In this document: positions 54,309 through 62,807 of the stretch, one piece after another | Numbering within the stretch: position 1 is the stretch's first letter | Layout: each line of letters opens with the position of its first letter | NCBI GenBank assembly: GCA_963827475.1 | Contig: CAWHAZ010000007.1 | Coordinates: 64,001-128,000 of the forward strand | Source: an uncultured Chloroflexia bacterium | Lineage (GTDB): Bacteria > Chloroflexota > Limnocylindria > QHBO01 | Direction of reading: 5' to 3' | Length of the DNA: 64,000 nucleotides | Notes under the pieces: generated by a model | What the model was told of the DNA's origin: nothing | What the model saw: the letters and a program-made list of their open reading frames with translations, nothing else | Database searches by the model: none | Program-made: the position numbers and the translations under genes

Positions 54309-55715
54309 TCAGGCCGGGCTCGCTCCGCCACCGGCCGCGCGGAGGATGGCGTCCACGGTTCGGTCGGCGTCCGCCTCGGTCGTCGACCAGTTGCTGACGC
54401 TGATCCGCATGGCGTCCATCCCGTGCCACGTGGTCCCGCCCATCCACGTCTCGCCTTCGTCCTGGACGCGGCGAATGACCTCGCGGGTGAAGGCACCCGG
54501 ATCGCCGGCGCCAGTCGGGTGGAAGCGGACGAGGACCTGGTTCAGCACCACCTCATTGAGGACCTCCACGCCTTCGGCCGCGGCGAGGCGGTCCGCCATG
54601 TGGCGCGCGAGGTCGCAGCACCGCTCGATGAGCGCTCGGACGCCGGAGCGCCCGAGCGAGCGGAGCGCGGCATACAGCGTGAAGCCCCGCGCCCGACGGG
54701 AGCTGTCCAGCACGTACTCCCATGACTCGCGCTGGGCCTGGTTCTGCATGAGGTACGGGGCGAAGGCCGACATCGCCGCGCGGTGCGCCTCGCTGTCCCG
54801 AACGGCGACGAAGCCGCAGTCGTAGCCCAGGTTGAGCCACTTGTGGGCGTCGGTCGCCCAGGAATCCGCGCGGTCGACACCGGCCACCAGCGGCCGCAGC
54901 CGCGGGGAGACCGCGGCCCACAGGCCGAATGCGCCGTCGACGTGGATCCAGGCATTCGGGTGTGCCGCCACCGCGTCCGCGATGGCCGGCATCGGGTCGA
55001 AGCCCCCGGTGTTCACGTTGCCTGCCTGGGCGACCACCATGAGCGGTCCGGCGACGTCCGCAATTCGGTCGGCGAGCGCGTCGGCCCGCATCCGGCCCTG
55101 CTCATCGGCGGGGACCTTGACCACCCGGTCCCGGCCCAGGCCCAGGTACTGGAGCGCGGTCAGGACCGTGGCGTGGGCCTCCTCGCCGATGACGACCGTG
55201 ATCTCCGGTGCCCCATACAGGCCGCGCGCCTCGACGTCCCACCCCTCGCGCGCCAGCACCGCGTGGCGACCGGCCGCCAGGCCCACCGTGTTGGCGAGGC
55301 CCGCTCCCGTCGGCAGGCCGACGCTGGCCGAGGGCGGCAGCCCGAGCAGGTCGAGCATCCAGCCGGCGGCCACCTGCTCCGCCCCGGCCGCCGCCGGCGA
55401 CAGCGCGTGCAGGTTGGCATTCTGGTCCCAGGCCGCCGTCAGCCAGTCGGCGCCCACCGCGGCCGGGATCGCGCCACCGATCACGAATCCGAAGTACCGC
55501 GGTCCGGCCGTCGCGACGAGACCCGGGTCCAGCCGCTCGGCCATGTCTTCGAGGACGGCGATCGGATCCTCACCGTCCTCGGGCATCGGCCCGCCGAGTG
55601 CGGCGGCGATCGCGTTCCCATCGGTCCGCGCCCCGACGTGACGCTCGGCGAGCCCGGCGAGGAACGCGATGCTCAGCTCGGTCGCCCGACGGAGGGTCCG
55701 CTCCATGTCGTCCAT
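54309..55715 (-). CDS. Group II PLP-dependent amino acid decarboxylase
   Basis: PRYFGFVIGG, WDQN, HVDGAFG, DAHKWL, SRRARG. Confidence 0.9.
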   Translation of the reverse strand: MDDMERTLRRATELSIAFLAGLAERHVGARTDGNAIAAALGGPMPEDGEDPIAVLEDMAERLDPGLVATAGPRYFGFVIGGAIPAAVGADWLTAAWDQNANLHALSPAAAGAEQVAAGWMLDLLGLPPSASVGLPTGAGLANTVGLAAGRHAVLAREGWDVEARGLYGAPEITVVIGEEAHATVLTALQYLGLGRDRVVKVPADEQGRMRADALADRIADVAGPLMVVAQAGNVNTGGFDPMPAIADAVAAHPNAWIHVDGAFGLWAAVSPRLRPLVAGVDRADSWATDAHKWLNLGYDCGFVAVRDSEAHRAAMSAFAPYLMQNQAQRESWEYVLDSSRRARGFTLYAALRSLGRSGVRALIERCCDLARHMADRLAAAEGVEVLNEVVLNQVLVRFHPTGAGDPGAFTREVIRRVQDEGETWMGGTTWHGMDAMRISVSNWSTTEADADRTVDAILRAAGGGASPA

Positions 55716-55734
55716 CGGTCGTCCCAGCCTGTGC

Positions 55735-56328
55735 CTACGCCTGGACCGGGTCGCGCAGCGGCTGGCCGACGAGCTTGGCCAGGCGATCGGCCAGCGCCAT
55801 CCAGTCGTAGTCCTCGGTGACCTGGCTGGCGGGAAGCCGCAGGCATCGGTCCTCCGCCAGGTAGATCGGGACGATGCGGTCGAGGATGGCCTCGATCTCG
55901 TCGCGGAACGCGTCGCTGGTGGAGCGGATGCCGTCGGGGAGGAGCGCCACGTCGGGGAGCAGCCGCACGACCAGGTCGTAGGACTGCGACCAGCGCCGGA
56001 CGAGCGGCTCGACCCCGAACGGGTCCGCGCCGTCGGTCACGCGCAGGAAGTAGGCGAAGTTGTCGACCACCGACCGGTCGGTGACGAGGATGTCGGCTTG
56101 GCCGGCCAGCTCCAGCTCCTGCTGGATCTGGGCCATGAGGGCCCACAGCTGCGCCTCGGCCGAGGCGCCCTCGTTGCGGCCCAGCGGGTTGAACCGGATG
56201 ACTTCGCGCCCGACCTCCACACTCCGTCCGGCCCGACCCACGGCGGAGGCAAAGGCGTGCACCGCGTTCGTCTTGCGGACCGAGTGCGAGCCGATGAACG
56301 CGATCTTCGCCGGCCGGCTCCACGTCAC
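55735..56328 (-). CDS. AAA_28/NadR-like P-loop protein
   Basis: KIAFIGSHSVRKT, TDRSVVDNFAY, YD, DGIRS. Confidence 0.75.
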   Translation of the reverse strand: MTWSRPAKIAFIGSHSVRKTNAVHAFASAVGRAGRSVEVGREVIRFNPLGRNEGASAEAQLWALMAQIQQELELAGQADILVTDRSVVDNFAYFLRVTDGADPFGVEPLVRRWSQSYDLVVRLLPDVALLPDGIRSTSDAFRDEIEAILDRIVPIYLAEDRCLRLPASQVTEDYDWMALADRLAKLVGQPLRDPVQA

Positions 56329-56377
56329 CCTCACAGCGTAAACATTTCCTTCATCGGTTTGGCTGTAGCCTCTGCGC

Positions 56378-57016
56378 ATGACCGATGAAGCCCCGACCGA
56401 GACACCGCCTGAGGCCCCCGCGCTCCCGCCCGACCCGACGCCTCCCGCCCGACCGGTCGGGGAGCGCCCGCCTCTCCCGGGCCGGGTGACCGCCGCGGCC
56501 ATCATCCTGCTCGTGTTCGGGACCCTCTCGGCCCTGGGCAGCGCCTTCGGCGTGCTGTGGTCCCTGCTGGTCATCGGTCGGATGGGCGGAGGCTTTGGTC
56601 GCTTCGGCGGCCCGTTCGAGGGCGGGTTCGGCGCCAACTTCAACGGTGGTGGGACCGGGTGGGCCGGTTTCATGTTCTTCGTCCTCGCCCTGGCCATCGC
56701 CGCCGCGGTGGTCGGCGGTCATCTCGCCGCCGGCTGGGGCATCCTCCAGCGGCTGGCCTGGGGCCGAATCCTCGGCCTGGTGGTCAGCGGCGCCGCGCTG
56801 GTGGTGATCGTCCTCGGCGTCCTCGGAACGGTGGTCTGGGTCGCGACCCTGCCCGACCTGCGCGAGTTCGACCGCGTCCCGGAATGGTTCGCCGACTGGT
56901 TCCGCTCGGTGATGACCGCCGGCGTCGGGTTGGGCGTCCTCGTCAGCCTGGTGGTGGGCGGCGCGTACGCCTACGTCCTGTGGGTCCTGGCCCGCGCGGA
57001 CGAGGTCTTCGACTGA
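56378..57016 (+). CDS. Membrane protein with a Gly/Phe-rich loop
   Basis: Four TM helices; Pro-rich N-terminus. Confidence 0.7.
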   Translation: MTDEAPTETPPEAPALPPDPTPPARPVGERPPLPGRVTAAAIILLVFGTLSALGSAFGVLWSLLVIGRMGGGFGRFGGPFEGGFGANFNGGGTGWAGFMFFVLALAIAAAVVGGHLAAGWGILQRLAWGRILGLVVSGAALVVIVLGVLGTVVWVATLPDLREFDRVPEWFADWFRSVMTAGVGLGVLVSLVVGGAYAYVLWVLARADEVFD

Positions 57017-57119
57017 CCGATCGCCGCGCCCTGGGCGGTGCCGGCTGGGCGGGGAACGGGGTGTAGAGTATCGGCTCTCTTCCCGATCAAACTGCCCGCA
57101 CGGAGGGTTGATCAGACCA

Positions 57120-57969
57120 ATGGCGCGCATCGTCAAGGCCGCCCTGCTGCAGGCCGAGTGGACCGGCGACAAGGACACCATGATCGAGAAGCACGAGCGC
57201 TACGCGCGCGAGGCCGCCAAGCAGGGCGCCCAGGTCATGTGCTTCCAGGAGCTGTTCTACGGGCCCTACTTCTGCCAGGTCCAGGATCCGCAGTACTACA
57301 GCTACACCGAGAAGATCCCGGGCGGGCCGACCACCGAGCGGATGCAGGCCCTGGCCAAGGAGACCGGCATGGTCCTCGTCGTACCGATGTACGAGGAGGA
57401 CGAGGAGACCGCCGGGATCTACTACAACACCGCCGCTGTCATCGACGCCGACGGGTCGTACCTCGGCAAGTACCGGAAGACCCACATCCCCCACGTCAAG
57501 GGCTTCTGGGAGAAGTTCTACTTCCGGCCCGGCAACCTGGGATATCCGGTGTTCGACACCGCCGTCGGCAAGGTCGGCGTCTACATCTGCTACGACCGCC
57601 ACTTCCCGGAGGGCGCGCGCGCCCTCGGCCTGAACGGGGCGGAGCTGGTGTTCATCCCCTCGGCCACGTCCCGCGGGCTTGAGCGAGTACCTGTGGCGCG
57701 TCGAGCAGGTCAGCCATGCGGTGGCCAACGGCTACTTCGTGGGCACCATCAACCGGGTCGGGATCGAGCACCTGGGTGACGACGACTTCTACGGGCAGTC
57801 GTACTTCGTCGACCCGCGCGGCCAGTTCATCGGCGACGTCGGAGACGCCCACGAGGAGGAGCTCCTCGTCCGCGAGCTCGACCTGGACCAGATCAACGAG
57901 GTGCGCCAGACGTGGCAGTTCTTCCGCGACCGGCGCCCCGACGCCTACGAGGACCTCGTCCGACCGTAG
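57120..57969 (+). CDS. Nitrilase-family carbon-nitrogen hydrolase, probable beta-ureidopropionase; frameshift ~57678
   Basis: Catalytic E-K-C triad: FQELF, YRKTHIP, ICYDRHFPE; FWEKFYF; FRDRRPD. Confidence 0.88.
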
Positions 57970-58000
57970 GTCGGCGCCGGGACGGTTGACTGCCTGACCG

Positions 58001-59023
58001 ATGGACTTCGGGTTCACCCTCAAGCTCGAGAACACCACCGACCGCACGCTCGACCTGACCCGCCGGGCGGAGGCAGCCGGGTTCACCCACGGCTGGGTGT
58101 TCGACAGCCACGTCCTGTGGCGTGACCCCTATCCCGCCCTGACCCTGATGGCGCAGGCCACGACGGCGATGCGGCTGGGGACCTGCGTCACGAACCCGGC
58201 CACCCGCGAGCCGTCGGTCACCGCGTCGACATTGGCGGAGCTGAACGAGATGAGCGGCGGCCGAATGGACCTCGGGATCGGGCGCGGGGACAGCGCCCGG
58301 CGCGTGCTCGGCAAGCCACCGACCACGATGAAGACCCTCGAAGAGGCGATCACCGTCATCCGCGACCTGGTCGAGGGACGGGCCGTCACCTACGAGGGGA
58401 CGGAGATCCAGCTCACCTGGGCCGGCTCATGGACGCTGCCCGTGTGGGTCGCCGGCTACGGGCCGATGGCCCTGGCCATGACCGGACGGGTCGCCGACGG
58501 CCTGATCCTCCAGCTCGCCGATCCCGACCTCATCCGCTGGTTCGTCGGCCAGCTCCGCGAGGCGGAGGCGGCGGCCGGACGGCCGCCAGGCACGATCAAG
58601 GTCCAGGCCGCGGCGCCCGCCCACGTCGGTCCGCGCGACATCGGCCAGGATCGGACCCGCTGGTTCCCGGCGCTCGTGTCAAACCACGTCGTGGACCTCG
58701 TCAACAAGTACCCGCGCGAACAGCTGCCGGACGCGCTGACCGGCTACATCACCGACCGCGAGGGATACGACTACCACCACCACGCGGAGGTGGGCTCGAC
58801 GAACGCCGCGTTCGTCGGCGACGAGGTGACCGACCGCTTCTGCATCCTCGGTGAGCCGGCCGAGCACGTCGCCAAGCTCCACGAGCTGGCCGATGCCGGC
58901 GTCGACCAGTTCAACTTCTACCTCATGAACGGCGACGAGGAGGAGCAGCTGGACCGATACGGCCGCGAGGTCGTGCCCGCTCTCCGTAACGTGGCCGCCA
59001 ACCGACACGGAGCAACGACATGA
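58001..59023 (+). CDS. LLM-class, probably F420-dependent oxidoreductase (TIGR03842-like)
   Basis: MDFG, FDSHVLW, VTNPATR, GIGRGDSA, VAGYGP, YDY..HA. Confidence 0.82.
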   Translation: MDFGFTLKLENTTDRTLDLTRRAEAAGFTHGWVFDSHVLWRDPYPALTLMAQATTAMRLGTCVTNPATREPSVTASTLAELNEMSGGRMDLGIGRGDSARRVLGKPPTTMKTLEEAITVIRDLVEGRAVTYEGTEIQLTWAGSWTLPVWVAGYGPMALAMTGRVADGLILQLADPDLIRWFVGQLREAEAAAGRPPGTIKVQAAAPAHVGPRDIGQDRTRWFPALVSNHVVDLVNKYPREQLPDALTGYITDREGYDYHHHAEVGSTNAAFVGDEVTDRFCILGEPAEHVAKLHELADAGVDQFNFYLMNGDEEEQLDRYGREVVPALRNVAANRHGATT

Positions 59024-59511
59024 AGGTCTCGTTCATCGCCGGGTATGGACCGATTACGCCCGATTCGGTGGCCAGCCTGAAGTTCTGGCGGGACGACGTC
59101 GGGCTGCCCATGACCGAGATCGCGCCCGACTACTGGGGGACCGATGACGTCCCCGGCGTGAACGCCTTCGCCGCGTGGCCGCTCGGCCAGGCCGCGGAGT
59201 CGTGTTTCGGGTCGAAGACCTGGCCGGAGCACATCACGGCACCCCAGGCCTGGTTGGAGCTCGACGTGGAGTCGCCGGAAGCGGTGAGCAGTGCCGCCGC
59301 CGAGCTCGAGGCAGCCGGCAATGAGATCCTCAAGCCACCGACCACCGAGCCGTGGGGCCAGACTGTTGCCCGCCTCTTGAGCCCGGAAGGGCTGCTCGTC
59401 GGCATCACCTACACCCAGTGGATGCATCGCGACGAGCATCGCGACCACGAGCATGACCACGACGAGCACGGCCACGACGATCACGAGGGCCACGAGCACG
59501 GCGACCACTGA
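59020..59511 (+). CDS. VOC family protein with a His/Asp/Glu-rich tail
   Basis: EPWGQTVARLLSPEG; tail HRDEHRDHEHDHDEHGHDDHEGHEHGDH. Confidence 0.82.
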   Translation: MKVSFIAGYGPITPDSVASLKFWRDDVGLPMTEIAPDYWGTDDVPGVNAFAAWPLGQAAESCFGSKTWPEHITAPQAWLELDVESPEAVSSAAAELEAAGNEILKPPTTEPWGQTVARLLSPEGLLVGITYTQWMHRDEHRDHEHDHDEHGHDDHEGHEHGDH

Positions 59512-59549
59512 GGACCGGCTGCTCTTCCTTGGCCCCGACGAGGGCACCG

Positions 59550-59589
59550 TTGACATGTAGCGCTCCGCGATATATCGTGTGACGATATA
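59550..59589 (+). promoter_or_regulatory. Promoter with palindromic PadR operator
   Basis: TTGACA (59550) followed by TATATCGT-GTG-ACGATATA (59571-59589) covering the -10 region. Confidence 0.8.
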
Positions 59590-59612
59590 GAACCGACAAG
59601 GAGCGCAATCGC

Positions 59613-59942
59613 ATGCCCAAGCAGTCGCCAGCCGAGGACCTCAGCCCGTTTGCCGCACCCGCTCTCCTGGTGCTTGCCACCCTGGCCGATGGCCCAAAGC
59701 ACGGGTACGCGATCATGCAGGACGCCGAGACGATCAGCGGACAGCCGCTGGGCCCCGGCACGTTGTACGCGGCGCTGGCGCGGCTCGAACGGCGCGGCCT
59801 GATCGAGGCGCTCCCGGCTGAAGAGCGTCGCCGGCCGTACCGCCTCTCCGCCCTCGGCGCATCCACCCTCGAGGCGCACCTGACCCAGCTGCAGCGGTTC
59901 GCCGGTCGTGCCCTGAGTCGTCTCGAGGAGGGTGCGGCGTGA
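59613..59942 (+). CDS. PadR family transcriptional regulator
   Basis: GPKHGYAI, GPGTLYAALARLE, RRPYRLS. Confidence 0.92.
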   Translation: MPKQSPAEDLSPFAAPALLVLATLADGPKHGYAIMQDAETISGQPLGPGTLYAALARLERRGLIEALPAEERRRPYRLSALGASTLEAHLTQLQRFAGRALSRLEEGAA

Positions 59943-60654
59943 GCCCGAAGCGCCTGGTCGGCTTCTACCCCGCGCCCTGGCGTATCGCTATGGCGACGAG
60001 TTCCTCGCGCTGCTCGAGGAGCGGCCCCCGACAGCGGTCCAGGTCCTGGACGTCCTCTGGGGTGCGATCGACGCGCACCTGTTTCCCCAAGCGCCCGAAG
60101 GGAGGTTCCGCATGTTCACCCGAGTGGCTGGCCTTGCCGCGATTGGTGCCGGAGCCGCGTTGCTGGTTGGCTTCGCGGGACTGAACGAGATCACCGGCCC
60201 GGTCTTCTACGTTCTCGCCATCGTCGGGCTGGTGGGGATCCACCTGCGGCAGGTCTCCGTTCGCCCCGGCCTCGCCTGGTTCGGGTTCGTCGTGCCGCTC
60301 CTCGCTCTGGCGTGGGGCATCGGCTTCGTCCTGCTCACCCGCATCGGCGTGCTGCCCACCAGTGGGGGCGAGTTCGGGTACTTCGCCAACATTGCCCTGT
60401 GGATCGGTTCGGCCACCCTGGGCGCCGTGATCCTTACCATCCGGGTCTTTCCGGTGGTGGTGGGGCTCGCGTTCACGATCACCGCGCCGGTGGCGATGAT
60501 CGGTTTGCTGGCAGGCGGCGCCATTGCACCCGGGGGCGCGCTGGCCATCCTCTCCCAGTTGGGGCTGGTGGCCTACGCGCTGGGCTGGCTCGTGGTCGGG
60601 TGGAGCCTGCTCGCCGCCCAGCCGCAGGAGGGCGTGCTCGGCGCGACCGGCTGA
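59939..60654 (+). CDS. PadR-associated membrane protein; frameshift ~59982
   Basis: FYPAPWR.RYGDEFLALL N-terminus followed by about six TM helices. Confidence 0.78.
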
Positions 60655-60691
60655 GCCCTTTCGCGGCGCCGATCGGCGGTACCCTTCGGTC

Positions 60692-61363
60692 GTGACGAGC
60701 GAGGTCATCGACCCGATCGAAGAGCTCCAGCAGAGCGCCGAGGCCCGTTGGGTCGAGGGATGGCTGGCCGGCCCCACCTGGACGCGCTACGACGAGCTTC
60801 CCGCGCAACCTGGCGACGAAGCCCCGGACCTCGAGCTGCCGGATACCTCCGGCGGGAACCGGCGGCTGAGCGAGTTCTGGGCCTACGGACCGGCCCTCGT
60901 CATCTTCATGCGCCACTTCGGCTGCTCGTGCCTGATGGAGCGCTGGGAGGCCCTTCGCGACGAGCTGGACAGCTACACCGAGGCGGGGGCGACGGTGGTC
61001 GCGGTGTGCCAGGCCGAGCCGGAGCGGGCGGCGGCGGTCGCGACCAGGCGTGGCTATCGGTTTCCGTTGCTCTGTGACCCGGAACGGAAGGCATACCGCG
61101 CCTACGGGTTGCTGGAGGGAACGCCGGCCCAGATCCTGCACGACTTCCCGTGGCGGCCGAACGACATGGACACTGCCCAGACGATGTTCTGCGAGCCCAG
61201 GCGCGGCACGGAGCGGGCGGTCGTCGACTCCCCGTGGCAGCTCCCCGGGGAGTTCGTGGTGGCCGTCGATAGCCGCATCCAGCTCGCCCATCGCTATCAG
61301 TACTGCGAGGACTTCCCGCCCAAGACGGTCCTGCTCGGTGCCATCGCGGCCGCCCAGCGCTAA
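60692..61363 (+). CDS. Peroxiredoxin-like (AhpC/TSA) thioredoxin-fold protein
   Basis: PGDEAPDLEL, FMRHFGCSC, DPERKAYRAYGL, QLPGEFVV. Confidence 0.82.
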   Translation: MTSEVIDPIEELQQSAEARWVEGWLAGPTWTRYDELPAQPGDEAPDLELPDTSGGNRRLSEFWAYGPALVIFMRHFGCSCLMERWEALRDELDSYTEAGATVVAVCQAEPERAAAVATRRGYRFPLLCDPERKAYRAYGLLEGTPAQILHDFPWRPNDMDTAQTMFCEPRRGTERAVVDSPWQLPGEFVVAVDSRIQLAHRYQYCEDFPPKTVLLGAIAAAQR

Positions 61364-61372
61364 GGTCCCCAC

Positions 61373-62557
61373 ATGACCACGACCTCGGCCCGCCAGATCG
61401 ACGCGCTCCGCGACAGCATCCAAGGCTTCCTGGACTTCTTCAACGGTCCGTTCTCCAAGTTGAACGAGAACCCCGAGGTCGCGAACTTCGCGGTCGGCAA
61501 CCCGCTCGAGAAGCCGATGCCGGCATACGTGGATACCCTCCGCCGCCACCTCGAGCCTCGTCGGCGGAACTGGTTTGCCTACCAGGTCAGCGATCCGAAG
61601 GCCCGGATCGCGGTGGCGAAGAGCCTGAGTGCATCCACCGGGATGCCATGGGACCCCGAGGATGTGGCGATGACCAACGGCGGTTTTGCCGCCCTGGCCG
61701 TCTCGATGCGGGCGCTGATCGAGCCGGGTGACGAGGTCATTTTCTTCTCGCCGCCGTGGTTCTTCTACGAGTTCATGATCCTGGCCGCCGCCGCGACCCC
61801 GGTTCGCGTCCATCTCCCCCCGCCGGCCTTTGAACCCGACCTGGACGAGCTGGCCGCCGCGATCACGCCTCGAACCCGGGCGCTGATCTTCAACTCCCCG
61901 CAGAACCCCAGCGGACGCGTCTACCCGCTCGAGACGTTGAAGGCGCTGGCACGGACTCTGACGGATGCATCCGAGCGGATCGGCCACCCCATCTTCCTCA
62001 TCAGCGACGAGCCGTACCGCCGCATCCTGTTCGACGGGATCACGTTCCACTCGCCGGCCGAGGTGTATCCCGACACGGTCGTCACCTACTCGTATGGAAA
62101 GCAGCTCCTGGCCCCAGGGCAGCGGGTCGGCTACCTGGCCGTCCCGCCGACGATGCCGGACCGGGAAGCGTTCCGGGAGACGGTGCTGGTCGCGCAGCTG
62201 GCGACCGGGTATGCGTTCCCGAATGCCCTGCTCCAACACGCGCTGCCGGATCTCGAGCCGCTGATCATCGACATGCCCGCGATGGAGCGGCGCCGGGATC
62301 GGCTGGTGGGCGCGCTCCGAGAGATGGGCTACGAGGCGACCATGCCGGAAGGCACCTTCTACCTCATGGCCCGCTCGCCGATCGCCGACGACGTGGCCTT
62401 CACCGACATCCTGGCCAAGCACCGGGTGCTCGTCCTGCCCGGCTCGATCGTCGAGGTGCCCGGGTGGTTCCGGATCAGCCTGACCGCCACCGACGACATG
62501 GTCGAGCCCGGAATTGCCGGCTTCGCCGCCGCCTACGCGGAGGCCGTCGCCGGGTAG
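61373..62557 (+). CDS. Class I/II aminotransferase
   Basis: NSPQNPSG, SDEPY, SYGK, GQRVG, FRIS. Confidence 0.9.
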   Translation: MTTTSARQIDALRDSIQGFLDFFNGPFSKLNENPEVANFAVGNPLEKPMPAYVDTLRRHLEPRRRNWFAYQVSDPKARIAVAKSLSASTGMPWDPEDVAMTNGGFAALAVSMRALIEPGDEVIFFSPPWFFYEFMILAAAATPVRVHLPPPAFEPDLDELAAAITPRTRALIFNSPQNPSGRVYPLETLKALARTLTDASERIGHPIFLISDEPYRRILFDGITFHSPAEVYPDTVVTYSYGKQLLAPGQRVGYLAVPPTMPDREAFRETVLVAQLATGYAFPNALLQHALPDLEPLIIDMPAMERRRDRLVGALREMGYEATMPEGTFYLMARSPIADDVAFTDILAKHRVLVLPGSIVEVPGWFRISLTATDDMVEPGIAGFAAAYAEAVAG

Positions 62558-62616
62558 ACCCTGGGCCGTCTGGCAGCGGCCGAACCCGGTGATCGATGGC
62601 ACCACAAAACGCGATG

Positions 62617-62644
62617 CCCGAGTTGCGCGGCAGCGCAATTCGGG
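62617..62644. terminator. Hairpin with GNRA loop
   Basis: CCCGAGTTGCGC-GGCA-GCGCAATTCGGG. Confidence 0.55.
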
Positions 62645-62807
62645 GCTATGGTCCGCGCGTTGGGGTCGCTTCGCTTGGGGGTTGACAAGGCGATTCGTCC
62701 GGGGGACGCCGTACCCCACCGCACGCGTGACACTGGTCACTCTTCTTCCCGTCCGCCACTCGCCCGTCGCGTGGCAGGAGTCACAGCTTTGACAGGAGGA
62801 CGCAATC

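Noticed and set aside
60900-60935. Selenocysteine in the peroxiredoxin-like protein
   Set aside because: The active-site codons are TGC and there is no in-frame TGA.
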